Positions 39,989-48,284 of a stretch of DNA of 64,000 nt are shown piece by piece (position 1 is the stretch's first letter; each line of letters opens with the position of its first letter). Location: the NCBI GenBank assembly GCA_903919535.1, contig CAIXIP010000008.1, forward strand, positions 952 through 64,951. Reading direction: 5' to 3'. This DNA is from an uncultured Bacteroidota bacterium. Its GTDB lineage: Bacteria; Bacteroidota; Bacteroidia; 2-12-FULL-35-15. A program made the translations under genes and the position numbers. Below the pieces are notes generated by a model, which had not been told where the DNA came from, did not search any database, and saw only the letters and a list, made by a program, of their open reading frames with translations.

Positions 39989-41284
39989 ATGAGCACAACA
40001 TCGATTGATAAAAAAACTGATCTGATTGTAGCAAAACTTGCTGAAAATATTATCGGATCTGAGATAATTAGATTAGCAGCCGAAGTAAATGAAAAAATTA
40101 AAAAAGGCGAAAAAATATATAATCTAACCATAGGTGATTTTAATCCTAAAGTGTTTCCAATACCTGCGGAGTTAAAGCAAGATATTATTAATGCTTATAT
40201 GGACGACCAAACTAATTATCCTGCAGCTGATGGTATGCTGGAATTGCGACAAGCTGTTTCAAAGTTATTGAAAGAACGTGGCGATTTGGATTATAAAACG
40301 GATGAAATTGTAATTGCCGGTGGTGCTCGCCCTGTTATTTATGCGATTTTCCGTGCTTTAGTTGATGCAGATGATACTGTTTTGTTTCCTGTTCCTTCTT
40401 GGAATAATAATCATTACACCTATTTAAATTTTGCAAAGCAGATAGCAATTGAAACTACTGTCGAAAATAATTTTATGCCAACTGCTGCAGAACTTAAACC
40501 GCATATTGGTGTTGCAAATTTAATTGCATTGTGTTCTCCATTAAATCCAACCGGAACAACATTCCGTAAAAAAGATCTGGAAGAAATTTGTGATATGATT
40601 TTGTTAGAGAATACCAAGAGAAATGCAGAAGGGAAAAAACCGGTATATCTAATGTTTGATCAAATTTATTGGGCACTTACCCATGGTGAAACAAAACACT
40701 ACAACCCGGTTACATTACGTCCCGAAATGAAAAATTATACCGTGTTTGTTGATGGGATTTCAAAATCATTAGCATCAACAGGTGTTCGTGTTGGATGGTC
40801 GATGGGACCAAAAAAGGTAATTGAAAAAATAAAATCTATCTTAACTCACGTAGGAGCCTGGGCGCCAAAAGCTGAGCAGGTAGCAACAGCTGTTTATTTA
40901 AATAATTTAGAAAACTACGATACGTATCTGGCAGATATTAAAACAAAAATAAACGATCGATTAGTAGGTTTTTACAAAGGTTTCCAAGCTCTTAAATCAG
41001 AAGGCTTTAAAGTAGATGCCATCGCTCCTGAAGCTGCAATATATTTAACTGTTCAGTTTTCATTACATGGACAAAAAACAGCGGATGGAAATGTGTTAGC
41101 TACAACTCAGGATGTAACAAAATATATTTTGGATGAAGCGAAAGTTGCATTGGTGCCTTTCTATGCTTTCGGTGCTTCATCAAATTCAAGTTGGTATCGT
41201 TTATCTGTTGGCACTTGTAGGTTAGAAGATGTTGACGGTGCAATTGAAAATTTAAGAAGTGCTCTAAAAAAATTAACGAAATAA
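39989..41284 (+). CDS. PLP-dependent aminotransferase class I/II (aspartate aminotransferase-like)
   Basis: SPLNPTG, DQIY, GISKSLASTGVRVGW. ATG at 39989. Confidence 0.9.
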   Translation: MSTTSIDKKTDLIVAKLAENIIGSEIIRLAAEVNEKIKKGEKIYNLTIGDFNPKVFPIPAELKQDIINAYMDDQTNYPAADGMLELRQAVSKLLKERGDLDYKTDEIVIAGGARPVIYAIFRALVDADDTVLFPVPSWNNNHYTYLNFAKQIAIETTVENNFMPTAAELKPHIGVANLIALCSPLNPTGTTFRKKDLEEICDMILLENTKRNAEGKKPVYLMFDQIYWALTHGETKHYNPVTLRPEMKNYTVFVDGISKSLASTGVRVGWSMGPKKVIEKIKSILTHVGAWAPKAEQVATAVYLNNLENYDTYLADIKTKINDRLVGFYKGFQALKSEGFKVDAIAPEAAIYLTVQFSLHGQKTADGNVLATTQDVTKYILDEAKVALVPFYAFGASSNSSWYRLSVGTCRLEDVDGAIENLRSALKKLTK

Positions 41285-41372
41285 AACGAATTTTCGGAAT
41301 TTGAATCAACATTGATTAATAATCTTTAATGGTACAATGTTTTGAAATTCGTGAAGAAAAAATTATAGTATT

Positions 41373-42455
41373 GTGAAAAATAATTATTGTGTTATTATGG
41401 CAGGCGGCATTGGTAGCCGTTTTTGGCCAATGAGTAGAACTGCTCACCCAAAACAGTTCATGGATATTTTAGGGACAGGTGAAACATTATTGCAACAGAC
41501 ATACAATCGTTTTTTGCGTCTTTGTCCGAAAGAAAATATTTTTATTGTTACCAATGATTCCTATGTTGAACTTGTAAAAGAACAGATCAAAGGCATTGAA
41601 ACCAAAAACATTTTGAGTGAACCAGCTCGTAAAAATACAGCTCCTTGTGTTGCATACGCTTGTTACAAAATTGCTCAATTAAATCCTGATGCAATTACTG
41701 TAGTTGCTCCATCGGATCATTTAATAACTAAGGAAGATACTTTTGTTAAAGCAATAAATTCATGTTTTAAAAAAGCGGCATCAGAAGATTGTTTAGTCAC
41801 GCTCGGAATTAATCCAAGCAGACCAGATACCGGTTATGGATATATTCAATTTGTTGAGTCAAAAGAAAAGGACAATAGAATTAAAAAGGTAAAAACTTTT
41901 ACCGAAAAGCCAGATCTCGAAATGGCTAAATTCTTTTTGCAAAGTGGCGATTTTTTATGGAATTCGGGTATTTTTATCTGGAGCGTGAAAAGTGTGATTA
42001 ATGCATTTGAGAAACACTCACCTGATTTGGCAGCTGTTTTTAATGATGGAAATGCTGTTTATAATACTCCAGATGAAGCAGATTTTATTGCAAAGGCATA
42101 TACAAATTGCAAAAATATTTCTATCGATTATGCTATTTTGGAAAAAGCTGACAATGTTTATGTTCGTTCGTCAATAATTGGTTGGAGTGATCTTGGAACA
42201 TGGGGGTCGCTATATGAACACATTAAGCAGGATGATCAAAATAATGCTGTTGTTGGTAAAAATGTGATGATGTACGATTCAAAAAATTGTATTGTTAATG
42301 TGCCCAAAGATAAATTAGTTGTATTACAAGGTCTTGACGATTATATTGTTGTTGAATCGAATGAGATTTTGCTTATCTGTAAAAAGGAAGATGAGCAGCA
42401 AATACGAACATTTGTTAATGATGTGAAAGCAGAAAAAGGCGAAAAATTTGTTTAA
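41373..42455 (+). CDS. manC: Mannose-1-phosphate guanylyltransferase
   Basis: IMAGGIGSRFWPMSR...PKQF, EP.RKNTAPC, TGYGYI, FTEKP, WNSGIF, SIDYA, WSDLGTW. Confidence 0.88.
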   Translation: MKNNYCVIMAGGIGSRFWPMSRTAHPKQFMDILGTGETLLQQTYNRFLRLCPKENIFIVTNDSYVELVKEQIKGIETKNILSEPARKNTAPCVAYACYKIAQLNPDAITVVAPSDHLITKEDTFVKAINSCFKKAASEDCLVTLGINPSRPDTGYGYIQFVESKEKDNRIKKVKTFTEKPDLEMAKFFLQSGDFLWNSGIFIWSVKSVINAFEKHSPDLAAVFNDGNAVYNTPDEADFIAKAYTNCKNISIDYAILEKADNVYVRSSIIGWSDLGTWGSLYEHIKQDDQNNAVVGKNVMMYDSKNCIVNVPKDKLVVLQGLDDYIVVESNEILLICKKEDEQQIRTFVNDVKAEKGEKFV

Positions 42456-42564
42456 GATTCTGTGAGAAAATTATTTTCAGAAAAAATTCGCCCTAACAAT
42501 TTATTAGGCTTTTACAGTTGTAATTTTATTCTAGTTCCTAATAAATAAAATGTACGTATAGTAA

Positions 42565-43257
42565 TTAGTAATTGTCTTCGGATGTAACATGTTTTTTCCC
42601 TTTGTACGAGCCGGAAAAATATAAGATAAACTTTAAACCAACAATTGTTTGTTCCTGATTCCAATCGGCAAATAAGCTGGCACCTATTCCCACATCGTAT
42701 TTGATCTTTTTTATAACATCACCTTGCAAATAGAGGCCTGGTTCAACATAATGACGAGTGTACGTGGTGTCTCCGACTTTTGCATAGCCAGACGAGATTG
42801 TTGGCCCAACAGCGATTACAAATTGTACATCTTTGTCTTCAAATCGTTTTGCATATCCAAGATGAAATTGATAATTTGTAAGGAAATTATAATTTTCTCC
42901 TGTTACTAAAATCCCAGTTTGTAAATAATGTTGTTTAACATGAAAATTGAAATCTAAGCCTCCCGCAAAACCTAATGAGCGTTTGTAAGTTAAGTTTTGT
43001 TGAAATCCCCCACCAATAGTGATCCAATTGTTATAGTAACGAAATCGATTGTTTTTAATTACAAATTCGCTGTCAATAGGGATTTGTCTTTTCCTTTTTG
43101 ATGTTTCGATGCTTTGCTTTTTTTCTTCAACAGCTTTATAGTGCTTCCCGTTTATTATTACCTCATCTTTTCCTTTAACAGTATCTGTTTGGGATACTAA
43201 ATTAAATGAAATAAATATTCCAATAATAATAAGCAGTATGTTAAATTGTTTATTCAA
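42565..43257 (-). CDS. Hypothetical exported/outer membrane protein
   Basis: Signal-like N-terminus; alternating beta-strand pattern with aromatic residues. Confidence 0.55.
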   Translation of the reverse strand: MNKQFNILLIIIGIFISFNLVSQTDTVKGKDEVIINGKHYKAVEEKKQSIETSKRKRQIPIDSEFVIKNNRFRYYNNWITIGGGFQQNLTYKRSLGFAGGLDFNFHVKQHYLQTGILVTGENYNFLTNYQFHLGYAKRFEDKDVQFVIAVGPTISSGYAKVGDTTYTRHYVEPGLYLQGDVIKKIKYDVGIGASLFADWNQEQTIVGLKFILYFSGSYKGKKHVTSEDNY

Positions 43258-43304
43258 TGGTTGGCTTTTTTCAATTTAAATTATTGACTTCTTAATTAAA
43301 ACAA

Positions 43305-43345
43305 TGAGCGAAGATAAAGTATTTCGTTTACTTTACCTTCGCTCA
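43305..43345. terminator. Hairpin downstream of fumC (probable terminator)
   Basis: TGAGCGAAG-A-TAAAGTA...TACTTTA-C-CTTCGCTCA stem. Confidence 0.65.
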
Positions 43346-43392
43346 AGAACAACGTTTGTTGTTAAAATTTATTTGAAAATTTGAATAAAAAT

Positions 43393-44796
43393 TTATGCAT
43401 GTTTTAATGAACCACACATATCTTCCGGTTTAACCCATTCATCAAATTGTTCATTTGTTAATAAGCCTAATTCTAGTGCCGCTTCACGTAATGTTTTATT
43501 TCCTTTGTGAGCAGTTTTGGCAATTTTTGCAGCATTTTCATAGCCAATATGTGTATTTAATGCAGTAACCAACATCAAGGAATTTTCAAGATGTTGTTTT
43601 AAAATAGGAAGATTTGGTTCGATACCTGCTGCGCAATTATCGTTAAATGAAACGCAAGCATCACCAATTAATCTAGCTGATTGCAAAACGTTTGCAGCGA
43701 TCAATGGTTTAAAAACATTCAATTCGAAATGCCCGTTAGAGCCACCAATTGAAACAGCCACATCGTTGCCCATTACTTGTGCGCAAACCATTGTTAATGC
43801 TTCCACCTGTGTAGGATTTACTTTGCCAGGCATAATAGATGACCCTGGTTCGTTATCCGGAATAATAATTTCACCAATTCCACAACGAGGACCAGAACTT
43901 AACATACGAACATCGTTTGCAATTTTCATCAATGCAACTGCTGAGCGTTTTAAAGCACCCGATAATTCAACCATTGCATCATGTGCTGCCAATGCTTCAA
44001 ATTTGTTTGGAGCAGTTACAAATGGCAAACCTGTAAGTTCTGCAATTTTTGCAGCAACTAATACATCGTATCCTTCAGGTGTATTTAGTCCAGTACCAAC
44101 AGCTGTTCCGCCTAAAGCCAATTCGCTAACCATTTCTAACGCATTTTTAATTGCGCGAATACTATTTGTTACTTGTTGTGCATAACCAGAAAATTCTTGC
44201 CCTAATGTTAATGGTGTTGCATCCATAAAGTGGGTGCGCCCTGTTTTTGTTATGCTTTTAAAGTCTTCCGATTTCTTCTTCAGTGTGTTTCTCAATTTTT
44301 CCATTCCCGGAAGGGTAATGTCAACAACTTGTTTGTAGGCTGCAATGTGCATAGCTGTTGGGTAGGTATCATTTGATGATTGTGATTTATTTACATCATC
44401 ATTTGGATGAATGAATGGTTTTCCTTCACCCAATTTATTTCCTAATAATACATGAGAACGATTAGAAACTACTTCATTCACATTCATGTTTGATTGTGTT
44501 CCAGAGCCTGTTTGCCATATTACCAAAGGAAATTCGCTATCTAATTTCCCTGCAATAATTTCATCACATACTTTAGCGATGATATCTTTTTTATCAGCTG
44601 CCAAAACACCCAATTCGTTGTTTGCCATAGCAGCAGCTTTTTTTAGATAACCGAATGCGTAAATAATTTCTTTTGGCATAGATGCTTCTGGTCCAATTTT
44701 AAAATTATTACGAGAACGTTCTGTTTGTGCTCCCCAATATTTATCGGCAGGTACTTTTACCTCGCCCATGGTGTCTTTTTCAATTCTGTAGCTCAT
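43393..44796 (-). CDS. fumC: Fumarate hydratase class II
   Basis: [40 protein letters not shown] at 44796. Confidence 0.97.
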   Translation of the reverse strand: MSYRIEKDTMGEVKVPADKYWGAQTERSRNNFKIGPEASMPKEIIYAFGYLKKAAAMANNELGVLAADKKDIIAKVCDEIIAGKLDSEFPLVIWQTGSGTQSNMNVNEVVSNRSHVLLGNKLGEGKPFIHPNDDVNKSQSSNDTYPTAMHIAAYKQVVDITLPGMEKLRNTLKKKSEDFKSITKTGRTHFMDATPLTLGQEFSGYAQQVTNSIRAIKNALEMVSELALGGTAVGTGLNTPEGYDVLVAAKIAELTGLPFVTAPNKFEALAAHDAMVELSGALKRSAVALMKIANDVRMLSSGPRCGIGEIIIPDNEPGSSIMPGKVNPTQVEALTMVCAQVMGNDVAVSIGGSNGHFELNVFKPLIAANVLQSARLIGDACVSFNDNCAAGIEPNLPILKQHLENSLMLVTALNTHIGYENAAKIAKTAHKGNKTLREAALELGLLTNEQFDEWVKPEDMCGSLKHA

Positions 44797-44902
44797 GTTT
44801 TTTGTATTTGAATTTATATTTTTGAAATTTTCAATTTGTAAAGTGAGTTTCAAATTTACAAAACGATTTCATCCAATTTGTGATATTCTTACGTGATATG
44901 AT

Positions 44903-45244
44903 TTATATCAGTTCCAATGCTTTTTCTGGTGGTCGGCCAATCACAGCTTTGTCCCCCTTAACTATTATAGGTCGTTCGATTAGTATTGGGTTTTCGGACA
45001 ATATTTTAATCCATTCCGTTTCAGAAAAAGTGTTGTTTTTGTATTTTTCTTTATATAGGATTTCACCTTTTCGCACAATTTCTTCTGCTTTCATACCAAG
45101 TTTTTTTAAGAGTTCTTGGATCTCTTTTTGGCTAGGAGGTGTTTTAAGATATTCAATCGTTTCAAAAGGAATGTTTTTTTCTTGAAGAATTGAACAAGCC
45201 TCACGACTTTTTGAGCAACGGACGTTATGATATATTTTTAACAT
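44903..45244 (-). CDS. ArsC/Spx family glutaredoxin-type arsenate reductase-like protein
   Basis: IYHN.RCSKSR, LIERPI, IGRPPE. Confidence 0.88.
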   Translation of the reverse strand: MLKIYHNVRCSKSREACSILQEKNIPFETIEYLKTPPSQKEIQELLKKLGMKAEEIVRKGEILYKEKYKNNTFSETEWIKILSENPILIERPIIVKGDKAVIGRPPEKALELI

Positions 45245-45280
45245 TGGTGTGTTTTTTATATTCAGATTATTGTGTTATTG

Positions 45281-45419
45281 GAACGTTGATTATTATGATC
45301 TTTATGATTTAAATTGATTTTTATTGCCGATAGCGATGTAGATTAAATATGATTTATGAAGTTTTCACCCTTGAAAATTAGATCATCTTTTAACTTAATA
45401 ATCATAAAAATCTGCGTTC
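45281..45419. repeat. Degenerate inverted-repeat element (about 140 bp)
   Basis: GAACGTTGATTATTATGAT (45281-45299) pairs with ATCATAAAAATCTGCGTTC (45401-45419) at 16/19 positions; internal TATGAT repeats. Confidence 0.5.
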
Positions 45420-45430
45420 TGTTTATTTTT

Positions 45431-46520
45431 TTAGCTATTCCCATATTCCATTAAATAAGCTTTTATAAAATCATTTAAATCACCATCCATCACCCCTTGA
45501 ATATTCGATGTTTCATAACCTGTACGGATATCTTTTATTAATTTATAAGGATGAAAAACATAATTACGAATTTGTGATCCCCATTCTATTTTCTTTTTAT
45601 TCCCTTCAATGATGTTGATGGCATCACGTTGTTTTCGTAATTCAATTTCGAATAGTTGTGATTTTAAAAGTTTAATCGCATTTTCTTTATTTTGTAATTG
45701 CGAACGAGATTCCTGGTTTTTAATAATGATTCCAGAAGGCTTGTGATGCAATCGTACAGCAGTTTCTACTTTGTTTACATTTTGTCCACCAGCACCACCG
45801 GCACGAAATGTTTCAAACTCAATATCTCCTGGATTTACATCAATTTCGATGGTATCATCAATTAATGGATATGCATAAACGGATGCAAATGTTGTATGGC
45901 GTTTCCCGTTTGAATCGAATGGAGAGATGCGTACCAAACGGTGTACACCATTTTCACCTTTTAAGTAACCAAAGGCATAGTCGCCTTCAAACTCAAGTGT
46001 AACAGATTTAAGTCCTGCTACATCACCATCTGAACGGTCGGTTTCTTTTATTTTATATCCGTTTTTAGTGCCCCACATCATATACATGCGCATAAGCATT
46101 ACAACCCAATCGCAACTTTCGGTACCACCTGCACCTGCATTTATTTGTATGACGCAACTCAAAACATCCTCTTTCCCACTAAGCATGTTTTTAAATTCAA
46201 TTTCTTCCAGTTGTTTTACTGTTGTCAGAAACTGTTGCTGAACATCGTCTTCGGTGGCTTCTCCTTCTTTAAAGAAATCATATAGCAGCATTAAATCATC
46301 CATACTGCTTGAAATAGCATCATAGGATTTAATCCAGTTTTTTTTGATTTTGGTTTGTTTGAGGAGTTCTTCTGCTTTTTTAGGGTCGTCCCAAAATTTG
46401 GGCGCGAGTGCTTTTTCTTCTTCCTCTGCTACTTCGCGTAATTTCTGAGCGATGTCAAAGATGCCCCCTTAACGCATCCGTGCGCTCCCGAAGGTCTTTT
46501 AGTTGGTCGGTTGTTATCAT
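45431..46520 (-). CDS. prfB: Peptide chain release factor 2 (programmed +1 frameshift)
   Basis: 21 codons from ATG 46520 to CTT-TGA-C, then the +1 frame joins the ORF carrying the SPF (RISPFDS) and GGQ motifs; about 362 aa in total. Confidence 0.96.
46454..46469 (-). other. prfB +1 frameshift signal
   Basis: Minus strand reads AGGGGG-CAT-CTTTGAC: internal SD-like sequence, 3-nt spacer, slippery CTT and TGA stop. Confidence 0.93.
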
Positions 46521-46662
46521 CTCGCAAATTTAATAATAATTGCGAGTTTTAAAGGGATTTCAATGTATTTTTGCAAACGAATTTTTAAGTGTGAAGTTGG
46601 GATTCTAAATGCGAATATTATATTACGAATACGCTTAATTTATTAAAAAAGAGAATAATCAA

Positions 46663-47139
46663 ATGCAAGTAAACTATTTTAGAATTAACAAAAAGGAATA
46701 TTGTCATATTACAGAAGACAAACTTTTTATTATCAATAGCAAAGAAGTAAAACGTATCCCGTTGGAACATGATTTAAGTGAGGCATGGGGTATTGTAAGT
46801 GTTTTAAACTATTTAGTGTTTGCTTTTTTATTCGCATACATAAGTATTTCAGCATCAAATTACGGTGTAGATTTTTTTAAAGAGCCTATTAATTATGGCG
46901 GGATTTTGCTTTTGCTGCTTTCATTTATTAGAATAAAAAATGGGTTTTTAAGCAGTAACACTCCTTGTATTTCAAGAAATAAAATTAAAAATGTTTATTT
47001 TAAAACTCCTTGGTATTCTTTTCCTCAATTGGTTATTTATTTTGAAGGCCCAGAAGGGAAATTGTTGCGAAGAATTATTCCTATTTTGAATAAACAAGAA
47101 GCTCTGCTTGTATTGACAGATGCGGGCTTATTAAAATAA
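46663..47139 (+). CDS. Hypothetical membrane protein
   Basis: 158-aa ORF with two TM segments filling the gap between prfB and recX. Confidence 0.6.
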   Translation: MQVNYFRINKKEYCHITEDKLFIINSKEVKRIPLEHDLSEAWGIVSVLNYLVFAFLFAYISISASNYGVDFFKEPINYGGILLLLLSFIRIKNGFLSSNTPCISRNKIKNVYFKTPWYSFPQLVIYFEGPEGKLLRRIIPILNKQEALLVLTDAGLLK

Positions 47140-47622
47140 ATCGTCTTCTCGTTTCAGTATATCCCAAATTAAATCACTTTCAAATCCGCGAGAAGCTGCA
47201 TATTGCGCAATCTTATAATTTCGTATTTGTGATTTTCCACCTTTTATTTCTTTTGATTTTTTGGCAATGATCGCTTTCAACGTTTTAGTGTAATCATCCT
47301 CATCAATTTCCAACATTGCTTTACGGATGCAATAATCAGAGATCTTACGTTTTTTTAATTCTATTTTAATTTTAATTTTACCCCACTTTTTTATTCTGAA
47401 TTTTCCGCCTGCAAATGCTTTTGCAAACCTTTCTTCATTTAAATAGTTATCTGAAATTAATAAAGCGATTGTATTTTCCACAGCATCAGGGAACAACCCC
47501 CAATCATACAACTTGTCGCGCATTTCCTGCTGGCAGCGCTCCTGATAAACACAGGTCATTTGCGCTTTAATAAAAGCCTGAGCAGGAGTTAATTTCTTCT
47601 TTGGTTTCTTTTCTTCGAACAT
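47131..47622 (-). CDS. recX: Regulatory protein RecX
   Basis: C.YQERC..E...KL, YLNEERFA..FAGGKFRIKKWG, RGFE. Confidence 0.9.
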   Translation of the reverse strand: MFEEKKPKKKLTPAQAFIKAQMTCVYQERCQQEMRDKLYDWGLFPDAVENTIALLISDNYLNEERFAKAFAGGKFRIKKWGKIKIKIELKKRKISDYCIRKAMLEIDEDDYTKTLKAIIAKKSKEIKGGKSQIRNYKIAQYAASRGFESDLIWDILKREDDLF

Positions 47623-47729
47623 AATTCCTGAGTAAATTTAAGTAATTAATCAAGTTTTAATAATATTCCAATAGTTTTGTTACCAATTTGTGTTCTACTA
47701 ATTGAATACATATCCGGAATATAAAATTT

Positions 47730-48284
47730 GTGAGTAGCACACCTGAAGAAACATATAAGTTAAAAGGATTGAATCGTAATGAATTTATTACGGTGATATA
47801 CAATAGATATGGCAAGAAATTGTATTCATATGCAATTCGTACCTGGAATGTAAATGAAGATGTTGCTTGGGATCTGATCTATAAAACGCTTTATAAAGTA
47901 ATTGACAGTTATACAAAATATCAGTTTCAATCGGAAGAAAAATTTGCATCGTTCATTTTCAAGATTTTTATTAATTATTTACGAAATCACTACAGGGATA
48001 ATAAAACAGATAAAGTATTTGAGTTTAGTGCACTGGATGATGTGGACTTAAGTACTAAAGAAAGTAAAGAAGAAGAACTTAATTCCAATAAAAAATTAAT
48101 TGCTTTAAATGAAGTTTTGGATAAAATGGAAGATTGGGAACGAATGCTTTTGCTGATGAGAAGTGAAGGAAGAGCCTATTCGGATATCGCCCAATATATT
48201 GATAAACCCGAAAATCAGCTGAAAGTATATTATCAACGCTTGAAAGAACAAATTACAAAAAAATTAAATGATCGATCAGAATAA
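47730..48284 (+). CDS. ECF-type sigma factor (divergent)
   Basis: IYNRYGKKLYSYA...DLIYKTL...FIFKIFIN.LRNHYR region 2; LLLMRSEG..YSDIA region 4. Confidence 0.8.
   Translation: MSSTPEETYKLKGLNRNEFITVIYNRYGKKLYSYAIRTWNVNEDVAWDLIYKTLYKVIDSYTKYQFQSEEKFASFIFKIFINYLRNHYRDNKTDKVFEFSALDDVDLSTKESKEEELNSNKKLIALNEVLDKMEDWERMLLLMRSEGRAYSDIAQYIDKPENQLKVYYQRLKEQITKKLNDRSE

Noticed and set aside
43766..44185. Antisense and alternate-frame ORFs in the track (e.g. 43766-44185, 50112-50567, 8814-9155, 10504-10872, 61716-61965)
   Set aside because: They are shadows of well-supported genes and have no recognisable motifs.
45431..46520. prfB as a pseudogene or sequencing frameshift
   Set aside because: The break is the canonical CTT-TGA-C programmed frameshift with an upstream SD-like sequence.
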